Of a stretch of 64,000 bases of DNA, positions 15,484 through 27,275 are shown piece after piece. The DNA comes from Paracoccaceae bacterium. Lineage in GTDB: Bacteria > Pseudomonadota > Alphaproteobacteria > Rhodobacterales > Rhodobacteraceae. The stretch spans positions 85,190 through 149,189 of the forward strand of contig JAJEHS010000004.1 in the NCBI GenBank assembly GCA_022823605.1. The letters are read 5' to 3'. The notes below the pieces were generated by a model that was not told the DNA's origin, made no database searches, and saw only the letters and a list, made by a program, of their open reading frames with translations. A program made the translations under genes and the position numbers. Positions within the stretch are counted from its first letter, which is position 1. Each line of letters starts with the position of its first letter.

Positions 15484-17010
15484 CTACCCCAGTTTCACAT
15501 TATCTATACCTACCACGCGATCATAAACCCAATACAGGGCCAGTACCACGGCTAGCAGTATGGAACCCAGGGCTGCCCCCAATCCCCAATTGAGGGAAGA
15601 TGAAATATGATAGGCAATTCGGTTTGAAATAAAGGTGCCCGTGGTTCCACCCACCAATTCTGGTGTAATGTAATAACCAATCGAAAGAATAAACACCAGG
15701 ATGGAACCGGCACCTATTCCAGGTATCGACTGGGGAAAGTAAACCCTTCGGAACGCTGTCCAGGGAGTTGCACCTAGGGATTTGGCTGCCCTCACATAGG
15801 ATGGATGGATGGTTTTCATCACGGAAAAGAGGGGCAATATCATAAACGGCAGTAAAATATGCGACATTGCTATTATGGTACCGGTTTGATTATTGATCAA
15901 TTCCAATCGTTCCAGATTGGAGATCAAGCCGATTGCTACAAGGACATCGTTGATAACCCCCTCATTCTGGAGCAATACTTTCCAGGCAGATGTTCGTACC
16001 AGCAATGAGGTCCAAAAGGGCAACAGGACCAAAATCAGGAAAAGGTTGGCATATTTCAATGGGAGATTGGCCAGGAAATACGCAACCGGATAACCCAACA
16101 GCAAACAAACCATGGTTATGGTTACCGACATGAAAAGGGTCCGTGAAAAGATCAGGACATAGAGTCTTTCGTTTTCAGGTCTGAGCTCCGGGCCATCTGA
16201 CCCTTTTTTGAAATCGGCCGAATTGAGATAATATCCGTTGGTAAATGAAGGTGAATAAAGCTGGATTGTATCCCATACATCCGGTTCTGCCCAATCTTCG
16301 TCGGTTTCTAGGAAAAGCTCCTTGAACCTGATCTCAGGCAACTCGGAAATTACAGGGAGAAGTTTTTCTTCAAGAATGGTATCTGGAGAAGGAGTTGTCC
16401 CTGAAGATTTGATATCATTTGCCAGGACAACAAAAAGAAAATCGGAAGGTTTGGTTTTTTCCGAAAAATCATCATTTTCAATTAGGCGTTTCTTCCATGC
16501 ATTGTATGTATCCCGGGTGTAACCATATTTTGTACCTTCTGCCAATAACTCCCAATAGTCAATCGAAGTTAATTCAGGTATTTGATCAGTGAGTGCCTTG
16601 CGATAGTCGTCAGCACCAAATCTCTTGATGCTTCGCCCAGATTTCCGGAATAATGATGAAATCCCGGTTTTCTCATAATTCAGTCTTGAACCAACCCTTG
16701 TGTGCAATTTTACTTCGGCTGCAATAGCCAGATCAACATAAAGATGCCAAAACAATTCATTTGGTGGTTCCCAGTCTTCATTTATTTGTTCCGACTTCAA
16801 ATATTCAGTTGTTCTGGGAAGTACTTCTGAAACCAGCTGATTCTCAATAGAACGAAAAAGCATATCCCCAATGGGGATGACAAAACTGATCAGAATAAAA
16901 ATGAACAAAGGGGCAATAAGCCCCAATGCTCTTAATTTTTGAATTCGCAGTGATCGCTGAACTTTACGGTGAAGGGAATTCCTACCGATAATAGAGTCAA
17001 CACTAACCAC
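15484..17010 (-). CDS. ABC transporter permease (PotB/PotH-like) with a ~235-aa extra domain between TM1 and TM2
   Basis: The C-terminal 220 aa are a standard permease core (AAKSLGATPWTAFRRVYFPQ). aa ~50-283 are hydrophilic and lie between the first hydrophobic helix and the core. Confidence 0.8.
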   Translation of the reverse strand: MVSVDSIIGRNSLHRKVQRSLRIQKLRALGLIAPLFIFILISFVIPIGDMLFRSIENQLVSEVLPRTTEYLKSEQINEDWEPPNELFWHLYVDLAIAAEVKLHTRVGSRLNYEKTGISSLFRKSGRSIKRFGADDYRKALTDQIPELTSIDYWELLAEGTKYGYTRDTYNAWKKRLIENDDFSEKTKPSDFLFVVLANDIKSSGTTPSPDTILEEKLLPVISELPEIRFKELFLETDEDWAEPDVWDTIQLYSPSFTNGYYLNSADFKKGSDGPELRPENERLYVLIFSRTLFMSVTITMVCLLLGYPVAYFLANLPLKYANLFLILVLLPFWTSLLVRTSAWKVLLQNEGVINDVLVAIGLISNLERLELINNQTGTIIAMSHILLPFMILPLFSVMKTIHPSYVRAAKSLGATPWTAFRRVYFPQSIPGIGAGSILVFILSIGYYITPELVGGTTGTFISNRIAYHISSSLNWGLGAALGSILLAVVLALYWVYDRVVGIDNVKLG

Positions 17011-17046
17011 TACGGGTTTACCTTGAAACGTAAACTACAATCAAAC

Positions 17047-18147
17047 TTAGTTCGCTAACCAAGCCTGGAACTTGGCATCGAGATCATCCCTGTAGTCTGC
17101 CCACCAATCGTAATTGAAATAGAATACGTTGTAGGCGTTGTCAGGATGACCCGGCATATGTGGTGCCATGTCAATTCCAAGCGTGGCATGTTCGCCTACC
17201 AGGGCGTTGGAAGAAGTTCTGGCCGGGCCATAGGAAATGTACTTGGCCTGATCTGCCAGCCTTTGTGTATCAGTAGCAAATCTAACTAGGTCCAAAACAG
17301 CTGCGAGCCGGTCTTCAGGCAATCCAGTTGGAATAATCCAGCCATCATATTCGAAAACCTGAGCATCCCAAAGAATTTTAACTGGCTGCTTGGCTTCTTC
17401 GATCAAGGCAAAAAACCGACCGTTATAGGTAGATCCAAATACAACCTCACCATCAGCAAGCCATTGTGGTGTATCGGCACCAGCTGACCACCAGATTACT
17501 TCATCCTTGATGGTATCAAGTTTGGCTAAAGCCCTGTTCTGACCCTCTTCGGTTTCAAGAACGTCATAGATATCTTCCTTGGCAACACCATCACACAGCA
17601 AGGCCCATTCCAAGTTGTTGATTGGTCTCTTTTCAAGTGATCGTTTGCCCGGGAATGATTCGAGATCGAAAACATCACAGACATCATCAGGCTCGTTACC
17701 ATTCCAGCTTTCAACGTCAGTTCTGAAACCAAGAGTGGTTGAATAGACAATCTGGGGAATAAAACATTCTGAGACCAGAGATGCACCAAAGTCTTCTGAA
17801 GCGGGTGTACCGTCCGGGGCCGGCTCAAGGATTTCATCAACATCGACTTCCATGGCCAAACCTTCGTCGCACAATCTAATGGCATCTGATGGTACAGCAT
17901 CAACAAGATCCCAGGTCAAATTACCCGCTTCCCGCATGGCCCTCAATTTAGCAACCGCCTCATAAGAACTCTCGTCATGGATGATATTTACATCAGGATT
18001 GAGTTCCATAAATGGATTATGGTAGGCGTTGATTTGGGATTTGGAATAAGCCCCACCCCAAGAAACAACGGTCAGATCAATTGCCTGGGAAGAATTGGCG
18101 ATAATAATACAACCCAGCACTAGGGTAGATAGTTTAGTTAACTTCAT
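17047..18147 (-). CDS. ABC transporter periplasmic substrate-binding protein (PotD/PotF-like, family 1)
   Basis: Signal peptide followed by VVSWGGAY. The length and position in the operon fit. Confidence 0.8.
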   Translation of the reverse strand: MKLTKLSTLVLGCIIIANSSQAIDLTVVSWGGAYSKSQINAYHNPFMELNPDVNIIHDESSYEAVAKLRAMREAGNLTWDLVDAVPSDAIRLCDEGLAMEVDVDEILEPAPDGTPASEDFGASLVSECFIPQIVYSTTLGFRTDVESWNGNEPDDVCDVFDLESFPGKRSLEKRPINNLEWALLCDGVAKEDIYDVLETEEGQNRALAKLDTIKDEVIWWSAGADTPQWLADGEVVFGSTYNGRFFALIEEAKQPVKILWDAQVFEYDGWIIPTGLPEDRLAAVLDLVRFATDTQRLADQAKYISYGPARTSSNALVGEHATLGIDMAPHMPGHPDNAYNVFYFNYDWWADYRDDLDAKFQAWLAN

Positions 18148-18308
18148 TAATTTTCTCCGTTAAAAAAAAGAATTAGCATTAAGTTGTTCCTTTATCATTT
18201 AGAGATGATTCAGACCAAATTAAAACTCATGATCTAACTTATCAAATTTGGATCAAAAATGAAGTCAAATTTTATGAATTCATAAAAATATGCTGAACAA
18301 ATTATTGA

Positions 18309-19430
18309 TTATGTCAAAACTTCTTTGTTGACTGTTTGATAGTCGAGGGCCCGACAATCCTTATTCATGCATCCAAGAGTTACCATTTCACCTGGTTGCA
18401 ACCTTTGTTGTGAAGGAGAATTTCTTGATTTAACAATAAATTCGTCATTGCTCCCAACTCTGATTCTGGTTCTGAAAACATCCCCCATATAGATAAATTC
18501 CAAAACCTCTCCGGTTATTTTCTGTGCACCTTCGGGACATCTTTCAGCTTCTGTTTCGACTCTTTCTGGTCTTATTGATATAAGGGTTTTTTCACCCACT
18601 TTCCCAACATTGACCGCCAATGCCGAAATAACCTGACCGTTCTCAAGTCTAACATTGGCATAATCGCCTTCAAAAGACTCTACTGTCCCCTCCAATGTAT
18701 TGTTTTCCCCTATGAATTGGGCTACAAAGCAATTATTGGGTGCCTCGTAAAGTTTATCGGGTGCATCAAGTTGCTGGATAATGCCGTCATTGAAGACCGC
18801 TACCCGGTCAGACATCGTAAGCGCTTCTGTTTGATCATGTGTTACATAGACGACCGTGACACCCAACCGCTCATGGAGATGCTTGATTTCAAATTGCATA
18901 TGCTCACGCAATTGCTTGTCCAGTGCACCAAGTGGTTCATCCATCAATACAAGCTCGGGTTCAAACACCAGGGCTCTAGCCAGAGCAATACGCTGTTGTT
19001 GTCCGCCGGATAATTGCCCGGGTCGTCGATTTCCAAAATCGGACATTTGTACCATATCAAGGACATGATTCACTTTCTGTTCCTGATCAGACTTGGACAA
19101 TGATCTGACCTGTAGGGGAAAGGCAAGATTTTCAGCAACTGTCATGTGGGGAAACAAGGCATAGTTTTGAAACACCATGCCTATCTCCCGTTTATGTGGT
19201 GGAATATTGTTGATGGGTTTACTATCCAAAAGGATTTCTCCCTGTGTCGCGGTTTCGAATCCTGCCAGCATCAAAAGACAGGTAGTCTTACCTGAACCTG
19301 ATGGTCCTAACATTGTAAGGAACTCGCCCTTGGCAATGGATAGATTTAGATCCTTTACGACAAGTATTTTCCCGTCATAGCTTTTTTGCACACCAGAAAA
19401 AACTACAAATCCATTATCCTTGTCTGTCAT
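18309..19430 (-). CDS. ABC transporter ATP-binding protein (PotA-like)
   Basis: Walker A GPSGSGKTT, signature LSGGQQQRIALARAL, Walker B LVLMDEPL, and a C-terminal TOBE-like domain. ATG 19430 is preferred over the track TTG 19454. Confidence 0.9.
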   Translation of the reverse strand: MTDKDNGFVVFSGVQKSYDGKILVVKDLNLSIAKGEFLTMLGPSGSGKTTCLLMLAGFETATQGEILLDSKPINNIPPHKREIGMVFQNYALFPHMTVAENLAFPLQVRSLSKSDQEQKVNHVLDMVQMSDFGNRRPGQLSGGQQQRIALARALVFEPELVLMDEPLGALDKQLREHMQFEIKHLHERLGVTVVYVTHDQTEALTMSDRVAVFNDGIIQQLDAPDKLYEAPNNCFVAQFIGENNTLEGTVESFEGDYANVRLENGQVISALAVNVGKVGEKTLISIRPERVETEAERCPEGAQKITGEVLEFIYMGDVFRTRIRVGSNDEFIVKSRNSPSQQRLQPGEMVTLGCMNKDCRALDYQTVNKEVLT

Positions 19431-19661
19431 TACCCACACTTTTATTTTAAACAATTTTTCAACATCAAGGAATATATACTAACAAGTTACACAAACAATC
19501 AAGGTGTCATTGATTTTAGGAAAACTCACTAAGTCTATTACCGGACCGAGCTGGAGTGGGATTTTGTTTTTGCTTCAATGGTATTTACCCAGTTCCCAAA
19601 TCAAAAGTGGATATGCCTTGAGAAATAAAAGCAGTACTGTGTGATGTTCTCAAAGAAAGAA

Positions 19662-19748
19662 TGGTGCGGTCGAGAAGACTCGAACTTCCACGGGTTTTAT
19701 CCCACAGCGACCTCAACGCTGCGCGTCTACCAATTCCGCCACGACCGC
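19662..19748 (-). tRNA. tRNA-Leu (anticodon GAG)
   Basis: Reverse complement GCGGTCGTGGCGGAATTGGTAGACGCG-CAGCG-TTGAGGT-CGCTG...long variable arm...TTCGAGTC...CGACCGC-A-CCA. Confidence 0.92.
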
Positions 19749-19897
19749 AAGGGTAAAAACAATTAATACCCAAATATATTAATTGGAAGTTAATGGAGGA
19801 TAACCACCAAGGTCCAAGATTAATATCCTTTGTCTCTAAATATAAAATAATTATTGTTTATCAACCAACCTAACTACAAGGCAGAAAAATAAATCAG

Positions 19898-20545
19898 ATG
19901 GTTGAAATAAAAAAGTCAATTAACCCGGTCGACTATCCGGATGCTGTCCGAGTTATGAAAGAAAGAGTTAAAAGCATCTTGGAAGGAAGAGAACAGGAAT
20001 TGTTATGGTTCCTTGAACATCCTCCCATTTATACTGCAGGTACAAGCTCAAGGGATGAGGATTTGATCAATCAGTTTAACTTCCCGGTTTTTGCTACGGG
20101 TAGAGGTGGACAATATACCTATCATGGTCCTGGCCAAAGAGTGGTCTATGTGATGCTGAACCTGAATATGAGAGGTAAAAGCATTCGGGGTTTTGTTAAT
20201 AAATTGCAGGACTGGATAATACTTACCCTTTCAGATTATCAGGTTGCCGGAAAAGCCAACTCTGATCGAATTGGTATTTGGGTTGATCCCCAGGAAAACA
20301 AATTGGGATGCTCATTTGATGATGAGCGAAAGATTGCTGCCTTGGGTATAAGGATTAGAAAATGGATAACTTTTCATGGGATTTCCATAAACATCAATCC
20401 GGAACTCAAGCATTTCAGTGGAATTGTACCATGTGGTGTCAGGGATTATGGAGTTACTAGCTTGAGTGAACTGGGAATCGAGGTAACTACACAAGAATTT
20501 GATGAAAGACTAATCGAAAATTTCAAATTGGTATTTGATGAATAG
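19898..20545 (+). CDS. lipB: lipoyl(octanoyl) transferase
   Basis: EHPPIYTAG, RGGQYTYHGPGQ and AALGIRIRKWITFHG motifs. Confidence 0.9.
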   Translation: MVEIKKSINPVDYPDAVRVMKERVKSILEGREQELLWFLEHPPIYTAGTSSRDEDLINQFNFPVFATGRGGQYTYHGPGQRVVYVMLNLNMRGKSIRGFVNKLQDWIILTLSDYQVAGKANSDRIGIWVDPQENKLGCSFDDERKIAALGIRIRKWITFHGISININPELKHFSGIVPCGVRDYGVTSLSELGIEVTTQEFDERLIENFKLVFDE

Positions 20546-21003
20546 TATTGAATTGCAATACTAAACTCAACATGTGCCTAAGTGGAGTAGGATGCTGACA
20601 ATTATACGTCCAATGTGCCTTTGTCCTTGGTCAATTGTGTCAATACCAAGCAATTCACCATTGCTTGATTGATATAAGACTAATACTTCAAGAACTGATG
20701 AATAAATGATCAGGCAATATCAACAGTAAACTTTTGGTTTGCCATAAGCCAAACAAAGAATGAAGTACCACAAATAAAACCAATTTTTTTCCAATAGAAA
20801 ATATCTGATAATAAGGGTTGAAATCATTATTGAGATTTCGATAAAAATTCATACTTACTGTTCTTGTTTCCAACCCAACTCTTCAAATAAAGTCCTGAAG
20901 AATATGATATACAGGGTTGAGTTTTGTTATTGATTGAAATAGTATTAGCAGTCAATTAAAGACTAGTTCTCAGCCAGATAAAAGGCCAAATAAAGAGGAA
21001 TAG

Positions 21004-22680
21004 ATGACAGACGCCACCGCCCATGAGGTACACGATAAGAACCCGGCTATAAGTTTCTTCGTTCGATGGTTCATGTCCACCAATCACAAGGACATTGGAA
21101 TTCTATATATCGTTACAGCTGCATTAGTTGGTTTTGTTTCAATTTTGTTCACTGTTTACATGAGAATGGAATTGTATGAACCTGGTGTTCAATATATGTG
21201 CCTTGAAGGTACAAGAATAATAGCTGGTGCAGTAGAGGATTGTACTCCAAACGGGCATCTCTGGAACGTCTTGATCACTGGTCATGGCGTTTTGATGATG
21301 TTTTTTGTTGTTATACCTGCTCTATTTGGAGGCTTTGGAAATTATTTCATGCCTCTAATGATCGGTGCCCCGGACATGGCATTTCCGCGCTTGAACAATC
21401 TCAGCTACTGGTTATTCGTGGCGGGCTCATGTTTGGCCATAACCTCGGTTTTCGTACCAGGCGGAAACGGATTGTCGGGTACCGGGGTTGGATGGGTCCT
21501 TTATGCACCATTATCAACGAAGGAAGCCGGTTTTTCCACTGATTTGGCAATCTTCGCGGTCCATGTATCCGGTGCATCATCAATTCTTGGTGCAGTCAAC
21601 ATGATAACAACCTTCCTCAACATGCGTGCACCGGGCATGACTCTTCACAAGGTCCCCCTCTTTGCTTGGTCAATTTTTGTTACCGGATGGCTGATACTTC
21701 TTGCCTTACCGGTTTTGGCTGGTGCAATCACAATGTTGCTTACCGATAGAAATTTTGGAACAACATTCTTTGATGCATCCGGTGGTGGTGACCCTATTCT
21801 TTATCAACATTTGTTGTGGTTCTTTGGCCATCCAGAGGTTTATATACTCATTGTTCCCGGTTTTGGGATAATTTCCCAGGTAATCTCTACCTTTTCCAAA
21901 AAGCCAATATTCGGGTACCTGCCCATGGTCTATGCGATGGTTGCAATTGGTGCCTTGGGTTTCATTGTCTGGGCACATCACATGTATACGGTGGGAATGA
22001 GTTTGACACAACAAACCTACTTCATGCTTGCAACCATGGTGATTGCCGTTCCAACGGGAATAAAGATTTTCTCCTGGATAGCTACAATGTGGGGAGGTTC
22101 CATAGAGTTTAAAACACCCATGTTATGGGCCTTTGGATTCCTGTTTTTATTTACCTTGGGAGGTGTAACCGGAATTATTCTCAGCCAGGCAAGTCTCAGC
22201 CGAGTTTATCATGATACCTATTACGTAGTTGCACACTTCCACTATGTAATGTCACTGGGTGCGGTATTCTGTATCTTTGCAGGTGTCTATTACTGGATAG
22301 GAAAAATGTCCGGGCGACAATACCCGGAATGGGCTGGCAAGGTTCATTTTTGGGCCATGTTTATCGGTTCCAACTTGACATTCTTCCCACAGCATTTTCT
22401 TGGAAGACAGGGTATGCCGAGAAGGTACATCGACTATCCGGAAGCCTTCGCATTTTGGAACAAGGTTTCTTCCCTGGGAGCATTCCTTGCCTTTGCCTCA
22501 TTTGTCTTTTTTATCGGAGTGATTGCCTATACCTTGCTTGCCGGAAAGCGAGTTGAAAAACCTGCCTATTGGGGTGATCATTCGGAAACTCTGGAGTGGA
22601 CACTTCCAAACCCACCACCTGCACATACTTTTGAAATATTACCAACCCAGGACATGTGGGATAAATCGCCCAAACACTAA
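21004..22680 (+). CDS. ctaD: cytochrome c oxidase subunit I (aa3-type)
   Basis: 12-TM haem-copper oxidase signature: [22 protein letters not shown] and [12 protein letters not shown]. Confidence 0.95.
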   Translation: MTDATAHEVHDKNPAISFFVRWFMSTNHKDIGILYIVTAALVGFVSILFTVYMRMELYEPGVQYMCLEGTRIIAGAVEDCTPNGHLWNVLITGHGVLMMFFVVIPALFGGFGNYFMPLMIGAPDMAFPRLNNLSYWLFVAGSCLAITSVFVPGGNGLSGTGVGWVLYAPLSTKEAGFSTDLAIFAVHVSGASSILGAVNMITTFLNMRAPGMTLHKVPLFAWSIFVTGWLILLALPVLAGAITMLLTDRNFGTTFFDASGGGDPILYQHLLWFFGHPEVYILIVPGFGIISQVISTFSKKPIFGYLPMVYAMVAIGALGFIVWAHHMYTVGMSLTQQTYFMLATMVIAVPTGIKIFSWIATMWGGSIEFKTPMLWAFGFLFLFTLGGVTGIILSQASLSRVYHDTYYVVAHFHYVMSLGAVFCIFAGVYYWIGKMSGRQYPEWAGKVHFWAMFIGSNLTFFPQHFLGRQGMPRRYIDYPEAFAFWNKVSSLGAFLAFASFVFFIGVIAYTLLAGKRVEKPAYWGDHSETLEWTLPNPPPAHTFEILPTQDMWDKSPKH

Positions 22681-22926
22681 ACCTTCCAGCCCCCTGGCAT
22701 TAGGGGGGTGGGATTGCTAAGCATGGTCGTAAAGGTTCAGCTATAAATATAGTTGTATCGGGTTTCAAAGAATAATTTAGTCAGGTATTCTTGGTTTCAA
22801 ACCAAGGCCTCGACTTGAAATCTATGGGGATGGGCAATGAAGTCTGGAGCCACGCCCCTTGTCCTGCCAAGGCCAGCAATGATGATAATATTTACTTGTT
22901 CTGTTCTGAGATCCATGGGGTTCACT

Positions 22927-23388
22927 TTAACATAGTTTTTTGACCAAATGAGAATTGGCAAATTGAAAGTTCATTTGCCCCCAACTGTAGTTTTTTCTCA
23001 AGGTGGCCATGACACGCCCCTTGTCTCGAACCCCGGTAGCCTTAAGAGCCTTGATTGTTCGATCAACTGCCTGCATGGTTTCAATATCTGTCAGTTTTCT
23101 TGGAAGGAGACCTTGTATCAATTTGATCTCGGCCCTTTCCTGATTGGCCTGATCTGTTTCGCCCTTCTCTTCATGTGATTTGAAGTTCATTTTCTTTTGT
23201 TCCAGCATTCTAACCAGAACTTCAAATATCACCCTATCTGACACACCTTCTACATTACCCTCCTCACGAGCCCGCTTGTCCCGATCGATAATTACCGTAT
23301 TGATCAGCCGGAGAACAGGTAAAACATCCTTGGTATTTTCTATCTGAGCCTGACGATGGGCCTTGGCAATATTTTTCCGTAAATTCAT
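22927..23388 (-). CDS. GatB/YqeY domain-containing protein
   Basis: About 150 aa. Typical YqeY layout, ending in ...MATLRKNYSWGQMNFQFANSHLVKKL. ATG 23388 is preferred as the start. Confidence 0.7.
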   Translation of the reverse strand: MNLRKNIAKAHRQAQIENTKDVLPVLRLINTVIIDRDKRAREEGNVEGVSDRVIFEVLVRMLEQKKMNFKSHEEKGETDQANQERAEIKLIQGLLPRKLTDIETMQAVDRTIKALKATGVRDKGRVMATLRKNYSWGQMNFQFANSHLVKKLC

Positions 23389-23515
23389 ACCAATTCCTAT
23401 ACTAACCACTAAATAGGTTAGGACATTTATTCTGAGTTTAAATATACCATATTTTTTGGAAATATTTTGTAATCCCTCATATAAATCTAGTTGATTGAAT
23501 ATCTCTGACTAAAAA

Positions 23516-24685
23516 ATGGATAAAATATTGAATTCTTCCGAGGATAAGATTACTGGTCTCATACTACTGCCTGATGGTACAGTCATTAAAGGACAAGGAT
23601 TTGGTGCCAAGGGTATTCGAGTGGGTGAACTTTGTTTCAATACATCGATGACAGGTTATCAGGAAATTATAAGCGATCCATCCTATTGCAATCAAATCGT
23701 CTGCTTTACCTTTCCCCATATAGGCAATGTGGGTTCGAATCCAGAGGACTATGAAACAGAAACACCAGTTATGGAGGGTATAATAACCAAATGGCCTCCA
23801 ACAAAACCTTCCAACTGGAGAAGTCAAAGTGGTCTTGATAAATGGTTGGTCAATGAGGATTTGGTTGGAATTACGGGTGTTGATACAAGAGCGCTAACCC
23901 GATTGATTAGAAATAAAGGTGCCCTCGACATTGCAATTATCCATTCGTCCAATTGGGTTGAGGATTTGGAAAAAGCCAAGGAAATGCTCGCTTCATTCTC
24001 TGGTTTGATGAATAAGGACCTGGCCAAGGAAGTTACCCGCAAATCACCGGTAAATTGGAACAAATCCCTCTGGGATTGGCCAGATGGATATTCCGATTCA
24101 GGTTCATTAAAGTACAAGGTTGCTTCGCTGGATTTTGGAGCCAAGGACAACATACTGAGGTGCCTCAGTTCGGTTGGAGCTATTTCCAGGGTATTCCCAG
24201 CTGAAAGCACATTTGATGAAATCATGGATTGGAAACCGGATGGTATATTCCTTTCGAACGGACCGGGAGACCCCGAAGCAACTGCAACTTATATTGTACC
24301 TCTTTTGAAGAAACTGATCGCAACGGGGATACCCATATTCGGTATTTGTCTTGGCCATCAATTGCTAGCCTTTGCACTTGGAGCAAAAACAGTCAAGATG
24401 GGTCATGGTCACCATGGCGCCAACCATCCGGTCAAAGAATTGGACACGAACAAGGTAGAAATCACTACCATGAATCATGGTTTCATGGTTGACAGGAATT
24501 CCCTTCCACCCGATATCGAAGAAACCCATGTCTCCCTATTTGATGGTACAAATTGCGGCTTGAGAAGCAGGACTCATCCGGTATATTCGGTTCAGTTTCA
24601 TCCCGAGGCAAGCCCAGGTCCACAGGACAGTTTTTACCTCTTCAAAAGATTTGAATCCTTAATGGAAACTTATCAAAAATCCTGA
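23516..24685 (+). CDS. carA: carbamoyl-phosphate synthase small (glutaminase) subunit
   Basis: FNTSMTGYQEI. Catalytic GICLGHQLL. HGHHGANHPV. FHPEASPGPQD. Confidence 0.93.
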   Translation: MDKILNSSEDKITGLILLPDGTVIKGQGFGAKGIRVGELCFNTSMTGYQEIISDPSYCNQIVCFTFPHIGNVGSNPEDYETETPVMEGIITKWPPTKPSNWRSQSGLDKWLVNEDLVGITGVDTRALTRLIRNKGALDIAIIHSSNWVEDLEKAKEMLASFSGLMNKDLAKEVTRKSPVNWNKSLWDWPDGYSDSGSLKYKVASLDFGAKDNILRCLSSVGAISRVFPAESTFDEIMDWKPDGIFLSNGPGDPEATATYIVPLLKKLIATGIPIFGICLGHQLLAFALGAKTVKMGHGHHGANHPVKELDTNKVEITTMNHGFMVDRNSLPPDIEETHVSLFDGTNCGLRSRTHPVYSVQFHPEASPGPQDSFYLFKRFESLMETYQKS

Positions 24686-24802
24686 GAATTTTTACCATCG
24701 GCAAATAAAGTAGAAATTTGGCAAACAAGAATGTTTACCAAAAATCACTGCGTTTAAAGATTATGAAATCTGAATTCAGTTTGCTTAAATGGGATGATTG
24801 AA

Positions 24803-25879
<1,077 letters not shown>

Positions 25880-25949
25880 TCAATTTTGAATTTCAGGATA
25901 TAATTACTGTTAAGGGGATTTCTAACCCCGAAGCCTGTCGTTATACACT

Positions 25950-27182
25950 TTATTCTGTTCGGGAAAAGGGTTTTACCTCAAAAAGCCCTTCACCAAGTCC
26001 AAATTTAATCAACATGCTTTGAAGTTGCCTGTTGTTTGCAAATATATTTACCCCCTCTTTCCGTATTATTTTCAAGGGAAGAATATTCGAGAACGACATC
26101 AGGTTCAGGAAGTTTGTACCGACAAACTTCAACAATGTTGGTAGATATCTGGTTGAGTAATAGTCCTTCAGGATCTTGAAATCACCAGGATCTTCTGATT
26201 TGGCAAGCTGTTCATTCAGCAGTTTGATATCATTTATAGTCAAATTAAGTCCCTGTGCTCCTATCGGAGGTAAATTATGGGCAGCTTCAGCAATCAATAT
26301 GGCTCGTTCGTGACTTAACTTGTTGGCCATCTGATAGGTTCCCGACCATTTCAAGAGAGGAGAGGTAACTTCAATATTCCCAACCATTCCTAGTGAGCGT
26401 TTTGTTATTTCCATGGCAAAATTGCCGCTGTCCATATGGCTATAGATGTCGATATTTTTGTTTGAGTCCATCCAGATAATATTGGAAGAATAATTATCTT
26501 CGCAAGGTAGCGGAATAATCGTGAATGGCCCCCCGGACTTGTAGATTTCAATCGATTTATGACTTAGTGGTAATTGGTGCCTGACATTGAATGTAATTCC
26601 ACTCTGAGGAAGGGATATGCGATTGGTATTAATCCCGAGGCATTCTCTTACCCTGGAATTCTTGCCATCTGCTCCAATCAGTAACCGGGATACCACCCTG
26701 TCTCCATTACTCAGGAGAATATGCGCCTCTTTCGTTCTGGTAATGACCTTCTTGACACCCTTCTTGGATAAAGTGGTTATTCTCCGGTTTTGTAAAACTT
26801 TGTCGATCAGTGCCTTTCGCAAGTTTTCGTTTGGTATTACCCAACCAAATTCCTCTCTATCTATGGAATGGGACTTAAAGGAAGTTGTTTGTATGAGCTG
26901 ACCCTTTTCCCCTGCTTCCACAATTTCGATCTCAGACAATCTTTTTCCACAATCGGTCAATAATGTTTCCAAGGGTATCAGGTTTGCAAGATAATCCAGT
27001 GAGCTGTTGAACAGTGCCGTGACTCTCCTGTCTTGGGGCAAGTCGGTAGAATCCGACTCAAACTCCAGATTGGGGTCACAGCAGATGATTTTTGAAAACT
27101 TGTCGGCGAGTGAAAGGGCTGTCATCAGACCTGCCAACCCACCGCCCGATATAAATATATCGCAGTATTGTTTCCTGGTCAT
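25950..27182 (-). CDS. UbiH/UbiF/VisC/COQ6-family FAD-dependent monooxygenase
   Basis: N-terminal Rossmann motif DIFISGGGLAGL, a GADG motif (LIGADGKNSRVR), and AEAAHNLPPIGAQGLNL near the C-terminal part. Confidence 0.8.
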   Translation of the reverse strand: MTRKQYCDIFISGGGLAGLMTALSLADKFSKIICCDPNLEFESDSTDLPQDRRVTALFNSSLDYLANLIPLETLLTDCGKRLSEIEIVEAGEKGQLIQTTSFKSHSIDREEFGWVIPNENLRKALIDKVLQNRRITTLSKKGVKKVITRTKEAHILLSNGDRVVSRLLIGADGKNSRVRECLGINTNRISLPQSGITFNVRHQLPLSHKSIEIYKSGGPFTIIPLPCEDNYSSNIIWMDSNKNIDIYSHMDSGNFAMEITKRSLGMVGNIEVTSPLLKWSGTYQMANKLSHERAILIAEAAHNLPPIGAQGLNLTINDIKLLNEQLAKSEDPGDFKILKDYYSTRYLPTLLKFVGTNFLNLMSFSNILPLKIIRKEGVNIFANNRQLQSMLIKFGLGEGLFEVKPFSRTE

Positions 27183-27275
27183 AACAACATGAGCATGAGC
27201 TGAGTTTTTCCCCGAGGGTTTAGAAAGTGACTTCTGATGTGGTACTGACCCTATTTTGCCTACTGAAGAACAGGG

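Noticed and set aside
20688-20873. 61-aa hydrophobic ORF in the 458-bp region upstream of ctaD
   Set aside because: It is AT-rich with no ribosome-binding site. The hydrophobic translation is expected from T-rich sequence, and there is no supporting motif.
24770-24779. Perfect 10-bp palindrome CTGAATTCAG between the convergent carA and ilvC genes, considered as a bidirectional terminator
   Set aside because: It has no loop and no flanking U/A tracts, and it is too short to form a stable hairpin. It is probably just an EcoRI-containing palindrome arising by chance.
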